The translations under genes were made by a program, and so were the position numbers. Positions 47,950 through 61,009 of a stretch of 64,000 nt of DNA are shown piece after piece; position 1 is the stretch's first letter; the number at the start of each line of letters is the position of its first letter. This stretch comes from Octopus bimaculoides. Taxonomy: Eukaryota. The notes beneath the pieces were generated by a model, which made no database searches, was not told the DNA's origin, and saw nothing but the letters and a program-made list of their open reading frames with translations. The stretch is taken from contig NC_068987.1 of NCBI RefSeq assembly GCF_001194135.2, positions 55,340,743-55,404,742 of the forward strand, given 5' to 3'.

Positions 47950-49140
47950 TTTTTCTTGAGTTGATCAGTTTTTTTTGCAATTTTGTTTTCTGTTATTTTA
48001 GGATTATGATCTATTTATTCAATGGCATGATGTTGTGATAATGGATTATGAAAAAAGATCTGTGAAAAGCTTTTACCATTTCTTCAGAATACCATCAGTA
48101 TTACTGATTGAAGTAGATTCATCTTTGACAAAGAGAAGAGCAGTAGTTGACTGATGAGGATCAAATATCTGTTTTAACAAGCCATATGTTGTTTTCGGGT
48201 GTTTTTGTCAAGTGCCTATTTAATATCTCTGGATATGCCCATTGCTTTAATTTCTCTTTGCAAAGTTGATTTATGACTCTTTTGTAGTTCCTAGAGCAAA
48301 AGAACAATTTCCGATATAAGTTATACTTGATGTCTATATGCTCAAATATTTTGAGTTGTTTTCTGTGAATCAATCATGGTGTCATCAGGACCGAAAGAGC
48401 ATACAGGCAACTGTGACATAAACATGTTGTTTGAAGAATGACCCTATATCATCAGTTGATCCATTTGCTTGAGCTTCTCAAGATGATGCAGATATTGTTT
48501 GGTTTTGCAGTTTGTCAACATTCAACTATTTCAGAACCATTTTGCTATTTTTTATAAACATTTTTCTGACTACTAGCTTCAGCTTTGCCTATACAAGGTA
48601 GTGATCTATTCACCATATAGCCTGTATGGTTCAGCTGAGGGAAAGGTGGCTGCAGCAATGCGTTGTGGAGTTCAGACTGCAAGATGAGGCAAGTAAGACA
48701 TCTTGGTCATCCACTGCAACTGTTTTGATCTCCAGTTGTTTTGCCACTTGATTGGAAATTATCACAAATGAGAGTGAGGTTGATAGTGTGCAACTCTTCT
48801 CCACTTTTGTCCATCAGAATGATGGACAAATATGAGCCTGCTGCAAAAGCGTTATTCAACAGTAAACACAATTGTCTTATTTACATATTATAAAGAGAAT
48901 AAAATGACCCTGTTTTGACCAAGATAGATCCAGAAAACTTGACATGAATTTCTGGTGGAACAATGTACTGCCTGTCACAAGACCTGGCTTGGAATGTAGC
49001 TGCAGCAGCTATGGATAACTGCTGTTCACTCTACCTATGCTGAAACATCCTAAACTACTCCATGTTTTTCAGCTGTGACCTACCATACTGTTAAATTCAC
49101 CAGAATGAATGATTTTGTTTCTAATCTGTGTGGAAAGAAT
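47950..49140 (-). mobile_element. Heavily degraded LINE (RTE-like) fragment
   Basis: Coding-like composition with many stops; no clean motif recovered. Confidence 0.3.
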
Positions 49141-49225
49141 GACATAAGATTCTCAAAGAAGAAAAGAGTGAAGAATGAGAGTGTACAGATAGAGAAGAAA
49201 GTCACAAGACAGTAGCAAGGGGAAT

Positions 49226-49408
49226 TTAACTGTTCAGTATTCGACCAGCCATATCTGGTTCAGATATTCCACCTGACAATGTCATTCTAAAAATGAATAA
49301 TCACATCATCAAAATCTTGAAGCTGTGAGATAATGCATGATCAATTCAAAACAATGTGAATAAATAAGCATTACATTTGACAGAGTAATCTGAGTGCTAA
49401 ACAATTAA
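49226..49408. mobile_element. piggyBac-like MITE (diverged)
   Basis: TTAA-flanked; shares gataatgcatg...aattcaaaacaatgtgaata...gtaatctga with 46677-46903. Confidence 0.6.
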
Positions 49409-49808
49409 TGATACAGTCACTCACAGTGGATGGTAACATATCTTGTCTATCAGTGAGCTTCTTTCTGATTCCAAAGCCAATGTCATCCTCTTATTTCCCC
49501 ATTTGTGTGCTTGCCAGCCTTCACCCAAAAAACTCTAAGCATAGCCTGTTTAGCCAATCATTTCTTTAACATTTGTATCTTAGAAAGGGCAGCAGTATCG
49601 ATCTTGTATCAGTCAAGCTCTGCTGCAACAAGAGCAGAACAGCGTCCAGATCTGGTCTTTTTACTGATATTGATTCTTTGTTTCTCTCTCTCTTTCCTCT
49701 ATCTGGAAGACGTCAACTGTGTTGAATATATCAAATATATATATGACACACTATGTGTCATGATGACGTCCCAGTGACCCATAGATACGAGGGCCCAAGA
49801 CAGCAAGG

Positions 49809-49845
<37 letters not shown>

Positions 49846-50949
49846 ACACACCACCACCACCACCATCATGATTATTGTTTCAACATCCATTTTTCTATCC
49901 ATTCAAGGATCAGATGAAGCTAGTTTTGAGTCTNNNNNNNNNNGGGGGGGGGGGGGTTGTCTTTTGCCAAATGTTCTTCCTTTTGTCAAAACCTTGTCTA
50001 TTTCCAAGGAAAGTAATATTTCCTCCTTGTATTTTGAATAAAGAATGGATCAATGGTCAGACACACTTTCATGGAAGATTGTAAACAAATGAATATTTTT
50101 GTGAGACAATGATATTTTTTTTTGTTAACAACACACACACCAAGACAAGAGGAATGCATACAATCATGCATGTGTGCACACAAAAATACACACATACATA
50201 TATATATAACAGGCTTCTTCCAATTATACATACATACATACAAATGCAAAGTGTGTGTGTGTATAGATAATGTGTATACGTCTGTATGCACGTATGTGTT
50301 AGTGTTTATATGTACCTATATGTATACGATAATGCACGTACGTAAATATACATGTTTGTATATATTATATATATCTGTAGGAAAATAGACGTTAAAGGAT
50401 GATGATGTATGTAGGTGTGTGTGTATATATACACACACACGCGCGCGCGTTTGTATTATACGTATATGTAATGTTTATATTGGTGTACACACACAATATT
50501 ATTTAATTTTAGCTATAATTGATATATCATCACCTGATTGATAGAAGGTTACAATAGCAGATGAACTCCACTGGTGTGCAATCTTTCACCTCCTTAGCAG
50601 TACTTATTCTGCATCGAGAAAAAAGAAAATAAATCTAAAAAATACTTAAGTCCCTTTTTGCTGAAATTCCATTCATTTGTCTTTCTCCCTTTCACATAAT
50701 ATTTTATTAGACATCAGTTGTTGAATATTGTTAACATGGTATGTTGAAATCTATGAATGTCATCACATATCATCAAGTGGTAATTTAAACTGTTTTTAGT
50801 TTCTAGATTTCAGTCTGGTTATTTGATGTGTTCATTTTCCCTTTATCTATTTGGTAAATACAATTTGTTCTTAAACTTACATTTAGCCTCGAGTTAATAT
50901 TATTCAGGACCATCACCTTTTCTTTTAAATGTCTTTCTAGAGATGAAGT

Positions 50950-51204
50950 CCCAGCTAAACATTGTTAAAATAAAACCATTTACCGAATGAAACAGCTAAA
51001 AAAAATACTAAAAATAAATAAATAAAACAGAAAAACCGAGAGAGTGGGTGAGAGAGAGAGAGAGAGAGAGAGGTAAAAAGAAAGAAAGAAATCTGAACAC
51101 AAAGAAAAGCTAACTGTGCAGTCACTGTCGATTGTCAAAGAAATTGGAGTTATCTCCCATATTTCCAACCGAGGGAAGACTATGTTCCGTTTGATGTGGT
51201 AAGT
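50950..51204 (+). promoter_or_regulatory. Candidate first exon ending at a GTG|GTAAGT splice donor
   Basis: GA-repeat-rich leader, ATG at 51182, consensus GTAAGT at 51199-51204, at the start of a CpG-retaining block. Confidence 0.3.
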
Positions 51205-52051
51205 TATTTTTTCTCTTCAAATCTCAAGCGATGTTATCTAAATTTCCGAACAACTTACATGTTTTTATGTTTTCCGTAGTCACTTTTATCACTTCTAAGG
51301 AGATGACCGCTTTAAAAATTATATTACATTGATAAAATGCCTCGTTCTTACTGCTTAATGTATTCAACGTGGTTGCAAGCGGTTTCACTGACATTTTTCA
51401 CCAATGGCTTTTCACTGAGTTTGATTCATGTAAATATTTCCCCGTAAACACACCATCATATCTGCGGTTTGCTGGCAGATATATGACTGAGTTAGCTTAT
51501 TCAATATTTGAAAAACAGAAGAAAAAACACGTCAAAATATCAACTAACAATAGTTATGTTGATAAAAAAACGCAGCAACTTCAGGCAGAACTAGGAGATA
51601 CTAGATCTACCCCAAATCTGCACGGAATTACGTACATGTAATATGTAATAATGATTAATATTTGCCTGTCGGAAGACGGAGCGTTATGGAAAATAAAATC
51701 TATTTCGTTCCCGAAATACACTGGTGTTCAATCTCATATATCTATGAGTCTGTGTAGTATTTTTGTGTGGTGGGTTTTAAATATATTGACTAGAATACGT
51801 TATATATGTACTATACACCTACATACACGCAATACATACAAATATATATGTGTGTGAACAGGGTTTAAAAAATATACTGACTAGAATATTTTCTCTGAAC
51901 TCCGACTACATGAAAATGTCAGGCTTAAGCTTCCTGCTTGTATGTGTATATTATATATATAATATACATTGAGATGAGTATTCATCTTTCAGTGAATGTT
52001 TATTTCTCTGTTGATTGTTTATAATTGGAGAGGAAAAAGTCGTATGCTTCT

Positions 52052-52093
<42 letters not shown>

Positions 52094-52250
52094 ATGCATA
52101 CACACACTTTGACACACACACGTATTGAAATATACAGACATCACATACAAACTTTTCCCCCTAGAAATGCCTTAAAAGCAGAATAACAAAATATATATCG
52201 TGAACAGTGGTATAATAATTAGAAGAAAAGTGTTATCTCTCTCTTCTGTA

Positions 52251-52313
<63 letters not shown>

Positions 52314-53739
52314 GCATATACATAATATGCAAGGTACTTCGCAGTTACGCAAATTTTTTATAGCATATATAATTTGAAAATTACAGAAACTATATATTTC
52401 TACAGGAAAATCTAAACCGTATTTCTCTCTCTCTCTGATTTCCGTTTATGTATTTATTATTTATTTCCTTTATAAATGAAGTGCGATCTTGCTGAATTTA
52501 ACTGTCCATCAGGAGTGTGTTTGTTTGTTTAATTTAGCCATTTCTATTTTTCTTCCTGTATTTTGTGTTTCTTTATTATTATTTTGTACTCTTAACAGAA
52601 AGATGTTTTCCTTTTTTCTTCTTCTTTTGCTGGATGTTATTGTTTGTATAGTGAAGCCAGCAAGCTGTAGAGAGTTTGTTTGAAAGCGCGGAATTAAGTT
52701 CTAGTGGGTGACAAGAGAAAAAAGAGGCCTGGTGCTGCTCCTGCCCCCCAGCATACAGATGTTGGCGGGCGGCTGCCAACTTCTTTGTTTCTCTTTACTT
52801 TAACTTCTTTTCTTCCTCTCTCAAAGCACTGGCGTCGTCATTAACCCTGCCTTTTATTTTTCATCTCTTTTTTCTTCTTCGTCTTAAGAATATTGTCACT
52901 ACCACCACTACTACCACTACAGCGACTAGCGTTATTATTATTATTATTATTATTATTATCATTGTTGTTGTTGTTTTGCCGTTCGTAATATTTACTGCTT
53001 TCATTTATCGTAAACATTGGTCTTAATTTCTGTGTGCGTCAATACCGATTTGATTTATTTGTGTCTGTTAAGGCAATAATATAGAGAGCTACAGCGCTCC
53101 TGTTTATAATCTGAACTTGTTGGGTTTGTATTTTGTCTGCTTGCTTACTTTCTTGAAAACACTGACGCATTTGTAACTATCATCACACTATAGCTAACGA
53201 TTATTACGTTAAAGTATTCTATTATATATTTTTTACCAAGGAACTTTAACGAGAAATCTCTCCCTCCATCTCTCTCTCTCATATGTATATAGTGAAAATA
53301 CTGAGGTAAAACGAGGTATATCCAATTTGCACATTATTCTGTTTCGTTAAAGAATCGCCCCCCCCCATGTTCACCTAAGAATGTTTTCATGAACAAACTT
53401 CATCCATTTATACTTTCCCCATACAACTACACTATTGAGTGATCACTATATGTGTTATATTTATGACTGCGTGTCTGTGTGAATTTGCACTGATACACAC
53501 AGACTTTCCAAATCTTTGTTTAGATACAGGTGCGAATGTTTTGTTGCTAAGCGCATGCGTACCACATCTCTAATAGGTAAAGTCCGAATTGGGTTCGAAC
53601 GACCTGGCCATCCCTTTTCTATTTTCAGTTTGGAAAATTGACAAATGAAGTACTTTACTCCAAGCTTAGCCTGCGAGAAAGCTGCAAGTGTGCCTGGAGC
53701 AGGCACATTGAAACGCGAAAACTTCTGAAAGAGTATTTG

Positions 53740-53781
<42 letters not shown>

Positions 53782-55879
53782 GTGTGAAGGAGGGAGTCCG
53801 CGCGCCTTTATTATATTAAAATGTGACAATTTACCCGAGTTTCACTTCACATTTGGTCGCAAATGCGAATTTTATGTCTCTTGTATATTGTGTGTGCTTG
53901 TAGGCTTTTTGTACAACACTCGCGTTATGGTGTTTATTTTTGTGTTCATCCTTAATGAATCCCTAATACCTTGTGTATTTAAATATTTAGCCAACCTCTG
54001 AAGATGAAAATGCTTTCAAGTGCGTTCTGGAAAATCGCAAAAATCATTCCACTGAAATATATCTCAAACACAATAACTGATCTGTATCAGTCTGCTCTTT
54101 CTCTCACCCCCCCTCCCCTCACACATGGTAGCAAGAGCCTCACTTGATAGTGCATTCTGTCTCTGTGTTGAATTTATGGAACAGGTTGATTCACTCTAGC
54201 CGTCATACGCACCTTAAAACCAGAATCGAGACCCAGTGACTTGGCAGACTCTAGTCTGAGGTTGACCAAATCACAAAAGTGATCTTGGTACTGCATGCAG
54301 GTAACAAAGGGAGGTAAGGCAATATGGAATATAAAGCATTCTGCATGAAATCACAGTATAAGATGAGCTAATTTGAATTTCTTTGTTAGTGAGCAAGTGA
54401 TTCTTTCATCACCTTGTCCATACACCCAAAGCATTATACTGTACATACACAGCAAAATTCTCAAATTTTTCTTTTTATTCCAACTACCATACACATTCAC
54501 CAAATTCAAGTTGCTCCAACTTTGTTAAATAGGAGAGTATTTCATTCATTTGTCTGTCATCCATTTTTTCATGCTTGCATGGGTTGGATGGAGAATATTT
54601 AAGGTAGCATTTTAAAACTGAATGCCCTTTCTGTCTCCCATCCTAATCTGTTTTTCAAAGTTGGGGATTTTGTATTCTATTGAAGCAACAGGTCATAATA
54701 ACAATAGAGAAACTAGAAAACACACAGGAAGTCAGTGAGGGGGGGGGGCAGAGAGAGTAAGAGAGACAGACAGACAGACTCAAAGTATTGAAGTAGGTGG
54801 TTGTTTATAGATGTTTCCATTACTTTTGAAATGTTGGAAGTGAAAGCAACAGGGATTTAAGGTAGCAGAATCAGAAATAGCTCTTCTTTGGGAATAGGAC
54901 ATTTCATGTCCCCACAGATTAGAAGAGATCCTTGTTGTGAAGGAGAAGAAAAAAGTCAAAGAATTTGGTGAGGATAGGAGCAAAATCTGGAGCACAATGT
55001 GATGACCTGAAAACTTACTATCCAGAATCAGTTTCCATACTTACAGGCACATTGTTCTTTCTTCTCTTTGTCTCTGCTCTACAGAACTAACAAGCTTTAT
55101 GCACTTCTGTCTCAACCCACCCATTTATCTCTCCTTTTCTTTCCTATTCTCTTACTCTGTTAGACATTGAACAAAACACTTTTACCCAATAATTTTTGTT
55201 GTGAATAGGTGTTCACTTACAGAAGTTCAAGCTGAACACCAACAACATTAGTTCCACCATTCAGGAGGTCACATGCACTGGCTAAACTGATAAATTATTC
55301 TCACAATGTTTACTATGGAAACACTTTTGAGACTGTAGACCAACACTAATTTTTTTTAGCAATATTTTTCTTAAACTTTTGTAATGTTGAATAAGTAACA
55401 TGAAAATGGAATTATATCTATAACATCAAAACAGCTACATTAGCTAGTTCAATCAGAATCTGTCTTCACACTCTCCAACTGAGAGTCATTAATGTGGGAC
55501 TCGTTTAGAGTTCACTCTTTCTTTTATCTGTTAACATTTGGTCTGGCTGATATTTACATTTAATACTGGGAAATATATTCTTTGAATTTGATGCACCCCA
55601 CAATGAATGGATACTGGGTGGCAGTAAAGGGAATGGTGTTTATTGATGACAGAGATCATCACAAGGTATTACTTAAAATTATTCCCCACAAATATGGTGT
55701 GACTGAGTTATCATTTTGCACAGTATAGAAAATGTATACTTAGCCTTTTGCAGTTAAGTCTATATATACAGCAAGAATCCCTGAAAACTAAGATCTTTGT
55801 TTATCCCTTGACAAAACTCCATTCACCACTATTCAATTTTTTTTTCACTAGTCAATCCAGCTTTTCTCAAGAACATCAA

Positions 55880-56080
55880 ACAAATATAAGCTCTTTGTAT
55901 GTTTGAACTTAATCTCCACAAATTCCTCAATAAAATTCCAGACAAATTGCACACACTGGAATATATTTCCAGAAATAATAACCTCCTGCTTGACTGGTCG
56001 GTGTTATTAAGTTTTGGATAGCCTGGTTTGGGTCTTGGGGGATCCTGATTTAAGACATCTGCATGTATTTCTTGCAAGAA
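55880..56080 (+). mobile_element. CR1-like LINE 3' end remnant
   Basis: LNLHKFLNKIPDKL...NNLLLDW resembles the LDxFLxxIPDxP...NSL C-terminal pattern also seen at 7837-7950. Confidence 0.4.
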
Positions 56081-58520
56081 TGCCTGTATAATTCAATATG
56101 TCAAATATACTTGAAGTTAAATATATTACATGTATCACAATGATCTGGGCATAAAATTTTTTTTTTTTTTCCTTGCATTTTTAAAATGTCTGTATGAATG
56201 AAATAAATATTAATATTAATCATTGGAACTGTATTTTCATGTATACGTCATCAAAAATTTGTATTTGAATGGCTGAAGTAACTAGGAATTACAATATGTG
56301 TATGTGTGTGCTCGCATATATATATATGTATGTGTATATATATATGAGAGAGAGAAAGAAAGAAAGAGAGGAATGTTTGTGAAAAAGTTCAATTTGGTTA
56401 ATCCGTTATTGAAATGTATGGTAGTATGTTTTATATCTTCTTTTTCATCATGTGTGATATAATCCTTTAAGCTCTTATCTATAATCCTCTGTGATAAATA
56501 AAGCTATGATCTTAGAATGCCAGTAAGTAAAATTTAGATTTCTTATGCTGGTACTTATTTTGTCAGATCCCACATTGTTTAATGTCTCTTATTTATATTT
56601 TTATCCATGATCTTCACATTCCAGTTCCAGTTTTACCATTTATTTTCATTGTTTTCTGTTGCAACTTTCTACTTCATTGCTTTGGTTTAATTAATAAAAT
56701 TAGCACCACCACCACCATCAGAAGAAACTCTACTTGTTGCTCCACAGGCTAGAGATAGCAGCTAAATTTCCCTCATATCACACACTATCTTATAATAATA
56801 AAAAGGGAGGAGCATATTAGATAATGTTCTTTTAGATACTCTACAGTTAGGATTGTCATTAGTTAAAATACTTTTGATCATAAGTCTGCTTGATCAGTGT
56901 TAACCCAAGCCTGAACAAGAACAGGTAAGTAGTTTGTGCAAATGCTAGAAAGCTTCAGTCTAAGCTTTTCAGCATCTAGCATTATGCCCCCCACAGTTCA
57001 GAGTTCAAATCTTGGTGCAGTCAGCTTTGCTTTTTATCAATTTGGAGTTATTAAAAAACGTAAATATTCATCCTGGAACCGAACTAGAAACTGTTGGCTT
57101 CATTTAAAAGCACAGTGATTTGAATTGAGTCTTTTGCAACCAAGTTATAAAATCTTGGTGACTTCTATAGCTTTTCATATTCTCTTCCCTATCTTTGACT
57201 TTTTTGTATATGTCATCACCCTTGTTGTTTTAATGTCCATTTTTTTCATGCTTGCTTGGGTGGCATGGAGTTCATTGAAGCTGGATTTCTGTGGCTTGGT
57301 ACTATTCCTGTTACCTATCCTCATCTGTCACAAAGCAAGATAATATTTCCCCATAGTCAGATTGGAAATGAATGACACGACTTGTATAATAGGGATGCTC
57401 ATTTATACCTGCTGTGCAATATCAGGACAAGGAAATGTACCCTAACTTGTGTGTGTGTTTATGACTTGTTACTATTTACGAATGTTTGTTACTAGCTTAG
57501 TAAATTATTTCCATGTAAACAATTTATGATGTTCACTTTTGGCCCTTAGCCTTGCAACTACTCTGGTGATTGTCTTCAATGCCGGTGACTTGAAAGTATG
57601 CACACAGTACACTCTAGTGGTTGATGTTAAGGTCATCCAGCTATAGAAACCATATGAAAGTCGGTATTGGGAACATGATGCAGTCCTTCAACTTGTCAGA
57701 TTCTGATGTGCCAATGCACCCTTATTCTTTTTGACTCTTTTTGTGTCTTATTCTGTGTACTGTACTTGTACTTCAAGCATTCATTGCTGTCTTTTTTACT
57801 TGACTTATGCATCTGCCTTCTGTCTCCCCTTTTAACCTCTTTTCCAATGAGTTTTTGTATATCTGAGTACTCATTAGTATTAATATTATTTTAAGCTATT
57901 CAACCCATGTTGCATGGGCTGAACAACATGGAAGCCAGATGTGAAATGATGATAATAAATTCATTACAAACTGTTCTTACATTACTTGCTTACAGCCTTT
58001 TCTTTATGAGCATTCATGTTACTAGGGGTAATTTTGCTCTAGCAAAAATTTTTACTCTAGGATACCCTTCTTTGTAAGAATATCCTATTCATTAAGTAAC
58101 AGTTAGACAATTTTTTTGCCCATCAGGCAAACCAAAGCAACAATATAACAATAATAAGGAAAAAGTTTTGTGACCATGTTATTTATTCTGTCTAGTGAAT
58201 TAACTAAAATTTCTCTCCTAATATTTCTCAAATATGCAGAACTCTTCATCTATCTGTCTCATTATAAATTATTGTTATCTTGTTGCATTCAAAGATGATA
58301 ATATGTAGGTTCCATTTCCACTTATTTTTTCATCAGCCGATTTACTTGCACAATTTTATTGATTACCTATTAAGCCACTTAAAACAATTCAAGCTCAAAC
58401 ATACTAAACTTTTTTCATTATTTGCCTAACTAACAAATATATTAAATTGATTACAAAACCAATGTTTCCATACATTACTAAAATAACCCCATGAGTCATA
58501 CTGAAGTATAAAAGATGTTG

Positions 58521-58634
58521 ACTAAGTAATACTGATGAAATGGCTTAAAACATGGTTTGTTTGAAAGATGTCATATCCTTCATGTGTAAGCTGTGAAACC
58601 ATTTGCCAGGGATCATGGTAGGATATTGTTTAGT
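58521..58634 (+). ncRNA. Hammerhead-ribozyme-like motif (long helix II, 3-nt insertion after GUA)
   Basis: ACTAAGTAATA-CTGATGA-A-[ATGGCTTA...TAAGCTGT]-GAAA-CCAT..ATGG-TA-GGA-TATTGTTTAGT. Confidence 0.45.
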
Positions 58635-59904
58635 TTCTTTCAGTCCTGCTTAAAAGTGCTCCTATAGCTGGACAACTGTGTTTGATATCAAGGCATAGTG
58701 TATCAATATTTATATTACCCGTTTTCTTCCTTTTTTAAGGAGGAGATAAGGGAGATTTTTATTTTGCTATTTCTGGCAGAATAAAAGCTTTGCTTTGGCT
58801 CACTCCTCATTTGTTGTTATCATCACTAGTTTTCAGGTTTGCACCCATTCTGTTATTTCTCTTTGATAGAATACCATTTTATTATCTAAAGAGATAGAAT
58901 TTGAGCTTCACACTGTCAAATATTAATGAAGTGCCTCATCTACTCACATACACATTGTGTCATCTCATATTATTGAGATCTAAGAGTTTTCAGCATACGA
59001 TAGGATATGAATTGCCAACTTGACTCTTCATCTGGCAGGTTAACATCCTACCAGCTCAGCCAGCAGGTTTTAAATATTAATTGTACTTTAATCACTTAGT
59101 CTTTTCTTTCCTTCCCATCTGCTTACAGTTTTCCTTGCTCACTCAGTTTGTCTGTCTGTCTATCCCTCTCACACACGCACATTATGGCCATTGTTGAATA
59201 GTTAAAACTGAGGTTTCAAAACAGAAAGCCCTTTAAAATAGTCACTATTAAGAAAAAAAATTACGTTATCAAAGAACACTGTCTGTTTTGTTAGGTGGCA
59301 GTTTCTTTTGTCTCATATACATTTGAAGCATTTGTTTTAATGCATTATGTAATATTGTTGTTTTGCTCAGGTGAACTCTGATCCAGCAAACCTGTATCCA
59401 AAGGCAGTCCAGCATACCAACAGCTATCATATACTATATTTCTTTTTATTTTTTATTTTTTATTTTTAAGGCACTAAAGTATTTTTTTAGGTTTATCTGG
59501 CTGCTATTTCTAACAGCTTGAGTGACTATGTAGAGGTCCTTCATTGGTTCATTGTTGATGGTGTTTGTATAAGTAGTTCATGTATGTATAAAATATCTCT
59601 GAAAAGTCTTAAAAAACACCAAGCAGATGCTAAAAGTATGTACATATTAGCTTTATAATTCATCCCCTTCCCTACATGAACACAATGACTTGTTCTTAAG
59701 CAAGAAAGGAAAACCTTCTTTATCTGTTGTCGGTTTTTATTTTGTTTCCAGCATTGCTTTTTATGTAGAATAAAATGGTTTACCTGTATTTCTTCTTAAT
59801 TTTGATTTATATAATTATGATATATGTTTACTAGTGCCTGGTGTGATACCTTGTCGTATAGAAGTTGGTGTAATGTCTTATTGTTATCACTAGTTCATTG
59901 GTAT

Positions 59905-60110
59905 CTTCTTTTTCTTTTACTTGTTTCAATCATTTGATTGCAGCCATTTTGGGGTACTGCCTTGAAGGGCTTTTAGTCAACCAATTTGACCACAGGACTT
60001 TTTTAAAGCCTGGTACTTATTCTATTGGTCCCTGTTGCCGAACTGCTAAGTTACGGGTACATAAACACACAAACATCGGTTGTCAAGCAGTGGTGGAGGA
60101 CAGACTCAAA

Positions 60111-60171
<61 letters not shown>

Positions 60172-60300
60172 GAGAGGCGTCTTTCAGTTTTTGTCTACCA
60201 AATCCACTCAAAAGTCTTTGGTTGGCGCTAGACTATTGTAGAAGACACTTGCCCAAGGTGCCACAGTGGGACTGAACTCAGAACCATGTCGTTGGGAAGC
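59905..60300 (-). mobile_element. SINE family A with internal (CA)n expansion
   Basis: cttttacttgtttcaatcatttg tail; (CA) run at 60112-60166; agaagacacttgcccaaggtgcc. Confidence 0.88.
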
Positions 60301-60590
60301 ATATTTTATTTTAAATATAAAACCACACCAAGTAGCTCAGTTGTATTGCATCTGCAAATTTCCTGTTGCCAGTTTGAGTACTTGTTTCTATTTTTATAAT
60401 TTTCAAAGAGTTAATATGGGGGTTTATGAACTTTTATGGTCATAGTAGATTGTGTGCTCATGTGAGGTTTATTTTTGTTGTGGCTTTAAAGTTTTGAAGT
60501 GCTTAAAGTGTTACTTGGGCATCAGTCAGTCACGTTATATTTGCAGGGTGTCTTACTCTGTCAAATAATCATTGATATGATACCTTAGAC

Positions 60591-60849
60591 CAACAATTCC
60601 CAACCTTTTTTTGAACCACAGACTGATTTCATGCAAGACAACTTTTTCATGGACTGAGGGACCATGTGCATAACAATAAAGTGCCTAATATATAATTTAA
60701 TTATGACATATATTACATATATAACTCAAAAACACCCTGCAGAATATGATAGTCTATAAAAAGGAATAAAATTTATTCTTCCTGTGCAGCCCAGTGCCAA
60801 ATGAGCCATGGCATGGTACTGGTTCACAGCTCAGTAGTTGAAACTCCTG
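60591..60849. mobile_element. hAT/Charlie-like MITE with 8-bp TSD
   Basis: caacaattcccaacctttttt...gactgatttcatgcaagacaacttttt...gttgaaactcctg; TSD CCTTAGAC at 60583-60590 and 60850-60857. Confidence 0.8.
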
Positions 60850-61009
60850 CCTTAGACTTATATTCTTCTATTCAATTTTTTAATTATGAGATATTTAATA
60901 ATGAATCACAGTGATGCTAATAACTAAAAACAATGATGAAATACTAATAATAATGGTTTCTGGTTTACTTACATGGCCAGCAGTCATGTGTGGAAGGGGT
61001 TAGTTGATA

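Noticed and set aside
48150-48175. CTGATGA-GGAT(N5)ATCT; other CTGANGA hits at 6391, 20117, 39093, 53995
   Set aside because: Lack GAAA or lack helices I and III; several lie in transposase coding remnants.
51369-51641. 90-aa ORF; also 52579-52779, 53461-53706, 55829-56077
   Set aside because: Near-chance length, non-ATG or weak starts, no recognisable domain; 55829-56077 is antisense to a LINE remnant.
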